Source: Candidatus Poribacteria bacterium (GTDB taxonomy: Bacteria; Poribacteria; WGA-4E; WGA-3G). Taken from it: 64,000 nucleotides of DNA. Below, in pieces: positions 51,304 to 60,853 of this stretch. Position 1 is the stretch's first letter. Every line of letters begins with the position of its first letter. The stretch covers positions 2,240,001 to 2,304,000 of the forward strand of contig CAXXLX010000001.1 in assembly GCA_963665235.2 (NCBI GenBank). The letters run 5' to 3'. A program made the position numbers and the translations under genes. The notes below the pieces were generated by a model, which worked only from the letters and a program-made list of their open reading frames with translations, searched no databases and was not told the DNA's origin.

Positions 51304-52677
51304 TCAAAGAGGTTTGCCTATCATCGATTTTGGGATGTCAATACCGAATTCCTTCAGGACTGTCGGAGCGATGTCGTATAAACTTTTTGGCGGGAGATGT
51401 CCGTGTGTGTGTCCGTGTCCTTTTATAATAAAGAGGCCCATCTCCGCATGGTTGCAATCGTCCGGCCCGGTGTCATTTTCGTAGGTATAGATGCTACTGT
51501 ATCCAACACTGCCCACCGAACGCCAAAAGAGATTACCGAAGTAAACAATGAGGTCCGGAGCGATATTTCTGCATTCTCGATAAACTGCTTCAGGTTTAAA
51601 CACACGTGTGCCGATGTTATGTCCCGCTTCATCCGATATTGCTTCAAGCTGCGCCTTCAATTCGTCTCGAACCTTTTCATAGTCCTGCCTATTGACAGTG
51701 CCGTGTGGTTCTCTACCTGCCACATTTATAAAGATTCGTGCGTAATATCCCCCCTCTCCCCACGCTTTTGTCCGATGCCAGTCTACCATATCCGCTGTCC
51801 AGGGGGTAATTGTTTGCGGTTGTGTTTTAAGTGTCAAATAGCCGTGCTTTTGCAGCCACTCGTTGACACAGATACCGCCATCCATCCGTTTTGCACCGTG
51901 GTCAGAGACGACCAGGACGGTAGTATCTTCAGGCACAGCGGCTAACGTTTCGCCGAGTTCTGCATCAAGTGCGCGATAATAGTCTTGCATTGTGTCAGCA
52001 AAAGGTGAATTCGGTTCATGTTTCCGATGCGTTTTATCCCAAAACCGCCAGAACGCGTGATGAAGTCGGTCTGGTCCCATTTCAACCATCGCAAAGAGGT
52101 GCCAATCCTTTGTTTTAAGGAGATGGCGGGCCACTTTGAAACGTGCGGCTGTCATTTTATGGAGTTCTCGTGCCAATTCAGTCCGTCGGTCTGTTCGAAA
52201 ATTCGGAATATCGATTTGGTAGTCGCTTGCGACCTGTTCTATTTCTCGCGCGAGCCGCCGTGGAAATGTCCACTGCACATCGCGACTCGGAGTCAGAAAA
52301 CTGCTTACCATCCATCCAGGAAACGGCTTGGGGGGATAAGTCAAGGGCACCCCCAAAACGACCGATTTTTTGTTTGCGTGGCCTAGAAGTTCCCATAACG
52401 TTGGCACTGACACCGTGTGTGCGTTAGCAATAGTCAATGCATCGTAGGCATAATCCGAGCGGTTCCGGAATCCGTAAATGCCGAGTTCACCTGGGTCCCG
52501 GCTCGTCATCATGCACATCCATGCTGGGACGGTGATAGGCGGAATAGTGCTTTCGAGGAGCCCATAGCTGCCCGCTGCCATCAAACGTTGTGTGTTAGGC
52601 ATATCCGCTTTGAATGCGTCAAACACAAGTTCAGGAGCGGCACAGTCCCACCCAATAATCAAAACTCGTTTCTTCAT
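51304..52677 (-). CDS. Alkaline phosphatase superfamily phosphodiesterase/NPP-type protein
   Basis: IIGWDCA, STIPPITVPAW, DRLHH, VVSDHG and HAEMGLFI motifs. Confidence 0.85.
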   Translation of the reverse strand: MKKRVLIIGWDCAAPELVFDAFKADMPNTQRLMAAGSYGLLESTIPPITVPAWMCMMTSRDPGELGIYGFRNRSDYAYDALTIANAHTVSVPTLWELLGHANKKSVVLGVPLTYPPKPFPGWMVSSFLTPSRDVQWTFPRRLAREIEQVASDYQIDIPNFRTDRRTELARELHKMTAARFKVARHLLKTKDWHLFAMVEMGPDRLHHAFWRFWDKTHRKHEPNSPFADTMQDYYRALDAELGETLAAVPEDTTVLVVSDHGAKRMDGGICVNEWLQKHGYLTLKTQPQTITPWTADMVDWHRTKAWGEGGYYARIFINVAGREPHGTVNRQDYEKVRDELKAQLEAISDEAGHNIGTRVFKPEAVYRECRNIAPDLIVYFGNLFWRSVGSVGYSSIYTYENDTGPDDCNHAEMGLFIIKGHGHTHGHLPPKSLYDIAPTVLKEFGIDIPKSMIGKPL

Positions 52678-52689
52678 TGCTCAAATCCG

Positions 52690-54093
52690 CTATGCCCATC
52701 GTGGGTTTCTGCCGCCGAATCGCTGCTCACTAATGTTCCACAGTTCCGATAAACCGAGTTGCCGAATGTGTTCTAAGCCCGGCAGGAACGGGTCATTTAC
52801 ACGGGTTAACCATCGTTGAAGTTCCGCTTCTAATTCTGTTCTGAGTGCTTGTGAATTTTGAGCATCAATCAGGTTGTTACGCTGATACGGGTCATTTTCA
52901 TTATCGTAAAGGAGCCACCCTGTTTGGTCATAGTGACGTGCGTAGGTATAGCGGTGCGTTCGGATGCCGCGCCATTCGCGAATACCTGCATTGAAACCCT
53001 CGCTCCCGTGGAGTTGTATGCCAAATAGGATTGACTGTGGTTCATCAATCGGTTTTCCGAGCATCGCCTCCGAAAGGTCAATACCTTCTACACCCTCCGG
53101 AATCGGCAAACCGCACAACGCTAGCATGGAGGGCATGAAATCGACGAGGCTTAGCAAGGTGTCACGGGTAACACCTGCTGGAATCTGGCTCGGCCAGCGA
53201 ATGATGAACGGAATGCGACTCGATTCGTCCCAAGGACGTTCTTTTCTGACGTGCCCGTGGCTGCCAAGCATATCCCCATGGTCGGAGGTGTAGACGAGGA
53301 TGGTGTCTTCAGCGATACCGAGTTCGTCAAGAGCGGTCATCAACCGGCCCAGATTTTCATCCAACGCGGTAATATGCGCGTAGTAGCCGGAGAGGTCTCT
53401 CCGTGTGGCTGGCGTATTTGTAGCGTTCGGCCGGAGTTGAATCTCTTCAGGGGGGTACATCGCTTTGTAACGTTCAGGCACGTGCTCGTAAGGGTTATGT
53501 GGGGGCCCCCAGCTCATATAGAGACAGAAGGGTTCATCCGCATGGTCTCGGCAGTATTGAATGGCTTTATCGGTTTGAAAATCCGGTTCGTAGCCCTCAA
53601 TCTGCATCCGATTTCCGGTGCTGTCATGGTAGGGAGCATTGAAATAGTTGTGGTGGCAATTCCAACCGAGCCACTCCTCAAAACCGAACCGCATCTCCGG
53701 GCTAATAAACTTATCTCTCGGCATGCCGCCGAGGTGCCATTTGCCGATATAACCTGTCGCATATCCCGCTGCTCTGAAAACTTCCGCGATACCCGTTTCA
53801 GATAACGGTAACGGCAGGTCATTGGAGACAGCTTTGTGGCTTAAGGGATATTTACCTGTCATAAGGCAACCGCGTGCAGGCACACACAGCGGCACATTGG
53901 TGAAGGTATTCGGGAAGAACATTCCCTCTTGGGCAAGGGTATCCATAGCAGGTGTTTGCACCTGTGGATTCCCCGCACACGCCACATCACATTGGCGATG
54001 TTGGTCGCCAAAAACAAAGATTAAATTCGGTTTACGTTCCATTTTTTTTACCGCCCTTATCAAGGAGGGAATTGCGTAAGTCCTGGCAAACAA
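52690..54093 (-). CDS. Sulfatase (Cys-type, FGly-dependent); likely start ATG 54042
   Basis: KPNLIFVFGDQHR, CVPARGCLMTG, GYIGKWHLG, PPHNPY and YTSDHGDMLG motifs. Confidence 0.92.
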   Translation of the reverse strand: MFARTYAIPSLIRAVKKMERKPNLIFVFGDQHRQCDVACAGNPQVQTPAMDTLAQEGMFFPNTFTNVPLCVPARGCLMTGKYPLSHKAVSNDLPLPLSETGIAEVFRAAGYATGYIGKWHLGGMPRDKFISPEMRFGFEEWLGWNCHHNYFNAPYHDSTGNRMQIEGYEPDFQTDKAIQYCRDHADEPFCLYMSWGPPHNPYEHVPERYKAMYPPEEIQLRPNATNTPATRRDLSGYYAHITALDENLGRLMTALDELGIAEDTILVYTSDHGDMLGSHGHVRKERPWDESSRIPFIIRWPSQIPAGVTRDTLLSLVDFMPSMLALCGLPIPEGVEGIDLSEAMLGKPIDEPQSILFGIQLHGSEGFNAGIREWRGIRTHRYTYARHYDQTGWLLYDNENDPYQRNNLIDAQNSQALRTELEAELQRWLTRVNDPFLPGLEHIRQLGLSELWNISEQRFGGRNPRWA

Positions 54094-54294
54094 TTAATTT
54101 GGGGGTTTGGGTGCTTCTGGTGTAACAACTGGTCTATTGTCAGGCTTAGTCTCTGGTTGAATTGGCTTAGGTTCAACAGGAGTTACAGGCCTAACTTTAG
54201 CCGGTGGTTTAGGACCTGTCCATGGCTTCCAATGTTCAGTCTTTTTCTGCTTAGCAGACCGATTTTGACTATTTTTGCGTGCCATTTTATTCAC
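54094..54294 (-). CDS. Small Lys/Pro-rich hypothetical protein
   Basis: AGGAGG RBS. Coupled between the Uma2 and sulfatase genes. Confidence 0.5.
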   Translation of the reverse strand: MNKMARKNSQNRSAKQKKTEHWKPWTGPKPPAKVRPVTPVEPKPIQPETKPDNRPVVTPEAPKPPN

Positions 54295-54899
54295 CTCCTT
54301 TTACCAGACGCTTCAGGAAATGTGACGCGCCCATATATTTCCTGCAACGGTAATTCGCACTGAAGAGAAGTCAGCGGAAGTTGCTGCTCAAGTCCTTGAA
54401 AGAAAGTGTAACTCCATTCACCACGCTTTCGCAGAAAACGTTCAACGTTCACACTATCTTGTGAAACAAGGATATATTCTTTCAAGGAATCGACTTGTCG
54501 GTAGCGCGAGAACTTTTCACCTCTGTCATAGCCCTCGGTACTCGGAGAGAGGACCTCTACGGTAACAATCGGGTTCAGGAGTGTGTCAAAAACATTGTCT
54601 TCGAAACGCGGTTCATCACAAACGACCCCTACATCAGGGTAAAAGTAGGATTCTGCTGAAGGGATACCGACACGCATTTCATTCGCAAAAACGACACAAC
54701 TGCTTTCTATCAAGCGATTGTGAAGTTGAACGAAGATGTTCCCTTTAATAAGATTATGTGTAAAACTGGCACCGGACATAGCGATAATTTTACCTTGGAT
54801 GTATTCGTTTCTGACTGTGTTCGCGTCAGGTTTTGCTTTACGTTCCGAAGTGATGTATTCTTCTGGGCTAAGGTATGTTTGGGCAGCACTTATCGCCAT
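54291..54899 (-). CDS. Uma2-family endonuclease
   Basis: EY..G.IIAMSG.S..HN, YFYPDV.VVC, VEVLSPSTE.YDRGEKF..Y and LKEYILVSQ motifs. Confidence 0.92.
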   Translation of the reverse strand: MAISAAQTYLSPEEYITSERKAKPDANTVRNEYIQGKIIAMSGASFTHNLIKGNIFVQLHNRLIESSCVVFANEMRVGIPSAESYFYPDVGVVCDEPRFEDNVFDTLLNPIVTVEVLSPSTEGYDRGEKFSRYRQVDSLKEYILVSQDSVNVERFLRKRGEWSYTFFQGLEQQLPLTSLQCELPLQEIYGRVTFPEASGKRR

Positions 54900-54968
54900 G
54901 ATTTCCTCCGCGTTTTAAATTATATCACATGCCAAAAACTTGGTCAAATCAAAATTAACTGAATTCTA

Positions 54969-55041
54969 GTAGGTCATTAAACACATCCACAACACAAGCA
55001 CAAATGACAGAGGCTGAAGTGATGACAACTGCGATTATTGC
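54969..55041 (+). mobile_element. IS982 transposase fragment
   Basis: GCACAAATGACAGAGGCTGAAGTGATGACAACTGCGATTAT is near-identical to 5337-5377. Confidence 0.75.
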
Positions 55042-55052
55042 ATGTCCGGATG

Positions 55053-56081
55053 CTAACGGCTATTCTGCATCCATGTATAGACTTTGCGGAGCATGCTCTC
55101 ACTCTTAGCCCATAAAGCCCTTTTTATAGGCAACACGACCTTTGTATAGCTACAGAAGTCGGTTCGCTCAGCGCGATACTGCTCCTTGTGTGCAATTAAC
55201 CCGCTGCTTTCCGGGGGCGACGCACCAAAATCCACCCATGCATACCCAGCCTGACATGCCCAGGTGATAATATGGTGAAAAATTGCGTTATTGGGGCGAT
55301 ATTGCAAAAACTCAGGCACAGATGCTTCACACCACAGCGTCACAGTCCGATTAAAGTGTAGATACAGCAGCCCAGCGATAATTGTGTCTTGGTATGTAGC
55401 AACGGCAAGCTTAGCGACATTACGTTGCAAAAGAGTATCCATAAGCGTGCGCGGTTTCGGGGTGCCCCCTAACCGCTTTACTGTCGTTAGATACATGTTG
55501 TAAAATGTGGATACTGCTGCGATATCCGTGGTATCCGTGACAACCACACCCGATTTTTCTGCCTTCCGGACTGCCCCTCGCACCCGTTTATTATAGGCGT
55601 GCCAGAGGGACTTGACATCTCCGTGCGTTTCTAGAAGATGCGTAAAATGCGTTGTCTCTTTATAACCCGCTGCTGTGAAAATATTGCCGTACCGCACACT
55701 ATTCTGAGGGGAGAGCGTCCAACGAAGTTCACACCAGCCTTTCTCCGCCGCTTTAGTTTGTAGATACGTTTCAAGGGTAGCCATCAATTCTGCGACATCT
55801 GCCTGCACCGATGCAATAAGGTGCGGCCCCCCGAACAAATTCCACGGCATTGAATGCCACAAGCGGATGCCCGGTATCGGTTGAAACACGAAGGCAGGCA
55901 AACCGCCAATTATCACATCACCCTGTTTAATAAGGAGATACATAGGGTCAAGCTGCCTGAAAGAATTGGCAAGCGCGTCCCGCCAAGCAAGCCCTTGAAA
56001 GGCGACGCTATGCGGGCACTGCTGGATGAGCGCATTCCATCTGTCCTGATTCTGGGGGGTAAGCGGTTCTAGTGTATACAC
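55053..56081 (-). CDS. GNAT/FemAB-like acetyltransferase-domain protein
   Basis: R..VRKAEKSGV, PNNAIFHHII.WAC..GY..VDFG and GLIAHKEQY motifs. Confidence 0.8.
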   Translation of the reverse strand: MYTLEPLTPQNQDRWNALIQQCPHSVAFQGLAWRDALANSFRQLDPMYLLIKQGDVIIGGLPAFVFQPIPGIRLWHSMPWNLFGGPHLIASVQADVAELMATLETYLQTKAAEKGWCELRWTLSPQNSVRYGNIFTAAGYKETTHFTHLLETHGDVKSLWHAYNKRVRGAVRKAEKSGVVVTDTTDIAAVSTFYNMYLTTVKRLGGTPKPRTLMDTLLQRNVAKLAVATYQDTIIAGLLYLHFNRTVTLWCEASVPEFLQYRPNNAIFHHIITWACQAGYAWVDFGASPPESSGLIAHKEQYRAERTDFCSYTKVVLPIKRALWAKSESMLRKVYTWMQNSR

Positions 56082-56091
56082 GGATATTGTT

Positions 56092-56841
56092 TTAAGGAAT
56101 CAGGATACGGCCCCCACTAGCAATTACGGTGGCACCTGTCATATAACTCGATTCTTCGCTTAGGAGGAATGCTATCACGTTCGCCATCTCTTCCGGTTCA
56201 CCGAGCCTGCCAAGTGGGGTTGTCTCTTGCAGCTGTGCCACCATCTCCGGGGAGACCTCACGCAACATATCTGTCGCAATTGCCCCGGGGGCAACCGAAT
56301 TGATGCGAATATTGTGTTGTGCAAGCGGCCCACAGCACGATTTCGTCAGCGAGATAACACCCGCTTTCGCCACCGCATAGGGCAACTGGTTGGGACGGAC
56401 TGCTAATGCAGCAATTGACGAAACATTCACAATACGACCAAACCGCTGCGCTATCATACCCGGCTTCACTGCCCACAGGACATTGAAGGGGCCAGTCAGG
56501 TTAATAGCGATGATTCTGTCCCAATGTTCAGGGGGCAGCACTTCAAACGGCATATCACCGACATCCCCAGCATTGTTCACTAACAATTCAATTGTGCCGA
56601 GTGCTTCTGCTGCCGCTGCGACCATGCTGTTGACCGCCTCTCTGTCGGCTATATCGGCTTGCACAGGTATCGCTTTCTGCCCTAAGGCAGCAATCTCTTC
56701 ACAGACCGCTTCCGCTTTTGCAGCCGAGCGAGAATAGTGTACAGCAACAGTTGCACCTTCACTGGCAAGTTTGAGAGCGGTTGCCTTTCCGATACCGCGG
56801 CTTCCGCCGGTTACCAACGCAACCCTTCCCTGAAATTTCAT
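56092..56841 (-). CDS. SDR oxidoreductase (FabG-like)
   Basis: VTGGSRGIG, LVNNAG, YAVAK and INSVAPG motifs. Confidence 0.92.
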   Translation of the reverse strand: MKFQGRVALVTGGSRGIGKATALKLASEGATVAVHYSRSAAKAEAVCEEIAALGQKAIPVQADIADREAVNSMVAAAAEALGTIELLVNNAGDVGDMPFEVLPPEHWDRIIAINLTGPFNVLWAVKPGMIAQRFGRIVNVSSIAALAVRPNQLPYAVAKAGVISLTKSCCGPLAQHNIRINSVAPGAIATDMLREVSPEMVAQLQETTPLGRLGEPEEMANVIAFLLSEESSYMTGATVIASGGRILIP

Positions 56842-56859
56842 TTTTTCTCCTCAGTGGTT

Positions 56860-57237
56860 TTACGTCGTTGTGAATTCTCGATGCAAATGTCCACTGCGTG
56901 CATCGGCATCACGCACGCTTATCCACTGCACTCCTTTAACAGTAGCATCAGGGATATGTCCATGTTCAACGCCTTTGGGGGTGACAACCAAATCACCTGC
57001 CCCGACGCGATAAGATTCGGAGTGTCCATCAGCTGTTCGGAGTGTCACCGTTGTTGCGCCCTCCGTGAAGTACCAATATTCGTCGTAATCGTGATAGTGA
57101 AGTTCCGTGGGATGTGCTCTGGACACAACAAAAGGGGCGATTGTCGTCATATCCGGCGTATCAAGCACTTTTCCGAGCGTGTCGCCAACGCGTTCTCCCG
57201 CACCGAGTCGAACGATACAAAGATTCGTATCCATCAA
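56860..57237 (-). CDS. Cupin domain protein
   Basis: HYHDYDEYWYFTEG and GDLVVTPKGVEH motifs. Confidence 0.9.
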   Translation of the reverse strand: MMDTNLCIVRLGAGERVGDTLGKVLDTPDMTTIAPFVVSRAHPTELHYHDYDEYWYFTEGATTVTLRTADGHSESYRVGAGDLVVTPKGVEHGHIPDATVKGVQWISVRDADARSGHLHREFTTT

Positions 57238-57995
57238 ATAACTCCGATGTCTTTCAGGTGTTGAAGCGAATCAGCCACGCGCGCCTTAACCCCATCTTCA
57301 TCAAGGTTTTCCCCCTCGATACCCTCCAATTCCATCGTGAAGGGACCGTAAAAACCGGCATCGTTCAATGTTTGAAATACCGCTTTGTAATCAACGACAC
57401 CTTCTCCGAGGGTTGGAAAATGCCACGTCCGATACCCCCCGTTCGTGTCCTTGAGATGAACCGCTCCGACGTACCCAACAATCTTTTGAACTTCCGTGAC
57501 AGCCGTCACGTTATGGTTATAGAAATAGACGTTGCCGGTATCGAAATTGACGCGTATATTTGGATGGTCAACCGCTTTCATCGTCTCAAGAGCAATATCG
57601 CCGTTGTGTACTATATCAGGGTGAGTCTCCAGACACACTTTAATATCGAAGGGGGCAGCGTTCTCCCCAATAGCGCGGAGTCGGTCATATACCACTTTCC
57701 GGTCCGTATCGCCTGCATGAACGCTAACAAAGATAATTTTTACGTCCATCTGATTCGCAATTTCCAACGTTGGTTGGAAGTCCGCCACAACCGTATCTGA
57801 TTGAACATCGCAACTGCCTAATAAACTGGTAGCGGTGAGGCCGTGTGAGTCCAATTCTGAGAGGACCGTCCCAATCGATTCAGCAGCGGGCACCCTGATT
57901 TCCACGTTGGTCAATCCGATTTCTGCTAAGTGCGCGTAAGCACTCCCGCCAAACTGCCGATAACTTCCGAGGTTACATGCAATAATATTTTCCAT
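57234..57995 (-). CDS. Sugar phosphate isomerase/epimerase (xylose isomerase-like TIM barrel)
   Basis: CLETH, NFDTGN, VHLKD, LGEGVVD and TMELE motifs. Confidence 0.9.
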   Translation of the reverse strand: MENIIACNLGSYRQFGGSAYAHLAEIGLTNVEIRVPAAESIGTVLSELDSHGLTATSLLGSCDVQSDTVVADFQPTLEIANQMDVKIIFVSVHAGDTDRKVVYDRLRAIGENAAPFDIKVCLETHPDIVHNGDIALETMKAVDHPNIRVNFDTGNVYFYNHNVTAVTEVQKIVGYVGAVHLKDTNGGYRTWHFPTLGEGVVDYKAVFQTLNDAGFYGPFTMELEGIEGENLDEDGVKARVADSLQHLKDIGVI

Positions 57996-58040
57996 ATTTA
58001 AACTCCTATAAATTGATTGAATATGTTCAGAGGTTCACGT

Positions 58041-59045
58041 CTACGGAATTTTCCGGAGGAACGTGTTGCTCAACAAAATTTCTAGGCCTAACAGAAGTGC
58101 GGCCGGTAAGAGTAAATAGGCTGCTAACTCTTTGTAGTCAACAGCACTGATATTTTTAAATTGTGTTTTCTCAAATTGGTCAATTTCGGTATAGATGCGC
58201 GTCAGCGATTCCGTGTCAGTGGCGCGAAAATAACGCGCGCCTGTGATATTAGCAATCTCCTTGAGCGTGTCTTCGTCAAGATATGTTAAAACCTTACGAT
58301 ACCGTTTACCGAATGTGGTATCTTCATAAGGAATAAGGGCGCCCCCCTCTTTTCCCATACCGATAGTGTAAACCTTTATCCCGAAAGAGTGTGCTATTGT
58401 TGCCGCGGTACTCGGCGCAATTGTCCCGGCGTTGTTTTCGCCATCTGTTAAAAGTATGACGATTTTGGTTTTCGCTTCGGATACACGTAACCGATGAATA
58501 GACGTTGCGATTGCATCACCGATAGCAGTCCCATCTGCCAGCTGCCCATTCATTGAAACGTCCACATCGCGAAGCGACTCACGCAACACAGGGTAGTCTA
58601 GTGTAAGCGGACAGAGCGTGAAACTTTCACCGGAGAAAACAACTAAACCCACCCTGTCGTTTTCTCTATGCATGAGAAAATTGTTGATGACCGATTTAGC
58701 GGTTTGGAACCGGTTGGCATCCTTAAAATCCTCTGCCCGCATACTTTCAGAAATGTCTAGGGCTAACAAAATGTCAATTCCTTCAACAAACCGCTGTTCT
58801 CGACTTTGAGAGAGTTGCGGACGGGCAAGCGTGAAGATGAGAAGACCTATCACAATATATCTCAGGACTTTAAGTAGCGGCAATGCTCTGACAGAAAGTG
58901 TACGCGGAATCTGCCGAATCCCCCGAAGGTCCGAAAACCGAATGATTGGCACAACTGCCCGTTTGCGAAGCCACCAAAAATACCCAATTAACAATGGCAG
59001 AACAATTAACAAACTGAGAAAAATAGGGGATTTTAACGTCATCAT
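58041..59045 (-). CDS. BatA-like VWA domain protein
   Basis: N-terminal TM helices, LARPQ, DISESM MIDAS, GTAIGD, LLTDGENN, YFRATD. Start coupled (TAATG) to the upstream gene. Confidence 0.88.
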   Translation of the reverse strand: MMTLKSPIFLSLLIVLPLLIGYFWWLRKRAVVPIIRFSDLRGIRQIPRTLSVRALPLLKVLRYIVIGLLIFTLARPQLSQSREQRFVEGIDILLALDISESMRAEDFKDANRFQTAKSVINNFLMHRENDRVGLVVFSGESFTLCPLTLDYPVLRESLRDVDVSMNGQLADGTAIGDAIATSIHRLRVSEAKTKIVILLTDGENNAGTIAPSTAATIAHSFGIKVYTIGMGKEGGALIPYEDTTFGKRYRKVLTYLDEDTLKEIANITGARYFRATDTESLTRIYTEIDQFEKTQFKNISAVDYKELAAYLLLPAALLLGLEILLSNTFLRKIP

Positions 59046-60112
59046 TAGAGCCCCCTTTCGGACCGATATACGTTCCTGTCTTTGTCTCGACTCACGCTCA
59101 GTAAACAGAGCCCTATACCGATAACGTGAAAGATAAGAAATGTTATCCAATCGATATACGGGACCTCGGTAGCCATGAAATAGAAAATATAACCGAAAAT
59201 CACGGCAAGCGGTTTCAATCTGCCAGCGAGCAGCGTACTGCCGAGTGTCAGAAAAATTGCAGCTTTTCCAAACAGTGCTAATGGCAACAGCAGACAGAGA
59301 CCCAACAACAGAGACGGAATGCCAACAATGGAAAAGGTTAATCCAACGCAGAGGAGGACTATCGCAACTAATATTAGGATACTAAACAGCACACTGCCAA
59401 TTGGCCTTTGTGTCAACACCGTGCTCATCGCGTTTATCGGTTTAGGAAAAATCACAACTATCAGTAGATAGGTCAACAGAAAAAGCACAAACTTTGCGAT
59501 AGTCAAGCGGACATTGTCCTGTTTGCTGATACCCCAAACGGTGTGTGGAGACATGAGAAGCTTTGCTGCTGCGGGTACCATATCCCACCGCTCACTCAAC
59601 CGAATATCTTTTGTGGCTGCGAGATTCCCAGTTATCTGTCCCCCGATAACTTGGAGCATTCCGTTCACTTGTGCGCCTTGTCCAATTTCAACATCCCCCC
59701 CAATTATTAATACATTCCCAGTGATTTTTCCGTGCAGTGTCGCGTTGCCAGCAATTATGACAAGCATTGTTATGCTCTCATCTGCCTTGAGGTGATAATC
59801 GTTAACAATTTTTAGAATTCGCTGTTTTCCTGTCCATTGTATCTGTGGAGACGCGGGAACGTCGGGTGTGTTTTCGGCTGCCAGTTCCGCCGAAGTGGGG
59901 TCCGAATCCTGTTCGCCCGGGTCTACAACCTCTGCTTGCGTTGATGGCGACGCACCCTCAGTATCCTGTTCATCTCTCTCCATAACCTGTTCATCTTGCG
60001 TGGGTGGCGAAACAGGCTCGGTTTGTTGTTCTTGTTGTGCTAACTGTCCAAATAACGCGGGGGCACCAAATACGAAAATTATTATGAGAAAAATAAGTCC
60101 TATGTGTTTCAT
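59045..60112 (-). CDS. Membrane protein with a bactofilin-like beta-helix segment
   Basis: Signal peptide, acidic linker, IIAGNATLHGKITGNVLIIGGDVEI..AQVNG, C-terminal TM helices. Confidence 0.65.
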   Translation of the reverse strand: MKHIGLIFLIIIFVFGAPALFGQLAQQEQQTEPVSPPTQDEQVMERDEQDTEGASPSTQAEVVDPGEQDSDPTSAELAAENTPDVPASPQIQWTGKQRILKIVNDYHLKADESITMLVIIAGNATLHGKITGNVLIIGGDVEIGQGAQVNGMLQVIGGQITGNLAATKDIRLSERWDMVPAAAKLLMSPHTVWGISKQDNVRLTIAKFVLFLLTYLLIVVIFPKPINAMSTVLTQRPIGSVLFSILILVAIVLLCVGLTFSIVGIPSLLLGLCLLLPLALFGKAAIFLTLGSTLLAGRLKPLAVIFGYIFYFMATEVPYIDWITFLIFHVIGIGLCLLSVSRDKDRNVYRSERGL

Positions 60113-60265
60113 GTTGAATAAATATACAAAAGAAAAGCATCCTCATCGTTTTTAATAGTATAAATGGAAAAACTTTTGATGTCAACTCTTTTTTGATATG
60201 AATTTTTTTTCTTGACATATCCCCTAACATTCTGATATGATATAGATATAGCACATTTTGGAGGT

Positions 60266-60832
60266 GTGATAATGATATTCAACTTTGATAAAACGGACGA
60301 CTTTAATGAGGAAGAACTAGCCCCTTCCCCGAATGAGGCGGAGGAAGACGAATCCTCCGAAGCGGACGCGCCTGTGGATATTCCGCTCGAGCTTGACGAT
60401 AGAGACGACGCGGTGAATGAAAGCGACATCGCTTACGACCCCGAAAACGAACCTCAAGACGAAAACGAGGTGGACGCTGAACCTGAACCGCCACCGCTTA
60501 TTGAGATTGCCCCCTTCAATCCACAGGAGATAAACAACTTCGCTTACACAGAAGCATCCAATGCATTCTATGAAGAGAAAAATTATGAACGGGCAATTGA
60601 GAAATTTGACGAAGCACTCAACAGTGAGCAACAACGCAGAGCCGCCGGCGAACCCAAGGATGCCGACATTATAGCAAAATCGCTGTACTGGAAGGCGGAA
60701 GCTTGTGTCAAAACACAAGACATTCCCAAAGCTCTCGGAATTCTTAAAGACCTTATTGAAACCTGCAAGGGCCATTACCTCACGGTAGCAGCACAACGCC
60801 GGGTAGAACAATTAAAGGCGAAACACTCTTAA
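60266..60832 (+). CDS. Acidic N-terminal + TPR (CpoB/YbgF-like) protein
   Basis: D/E-rich N-terminal half, then AYTEA..FY..NYERAI..F and SLYWKAEA. Confidence 0.7.
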   Translation: MIMIFNFDKTDDFNEEELAPSPNEAEEDESSEADAPVDIPLELDDRDDAVNESDIAYDPENEPQDENEVDAEPEPPPLIEIAPFNPQEINNFAYTEASNAFYEEKNYERAIEKFDEALNSEQQRRAAGEPKDADIIAKSLYWKAEACVKTQDIPKALGILKDLIETCKGHYLTVAAQRRVEQLKAKHS

Positions 60833-60853
60833 GAGAAAGGATAAACGAAATTC

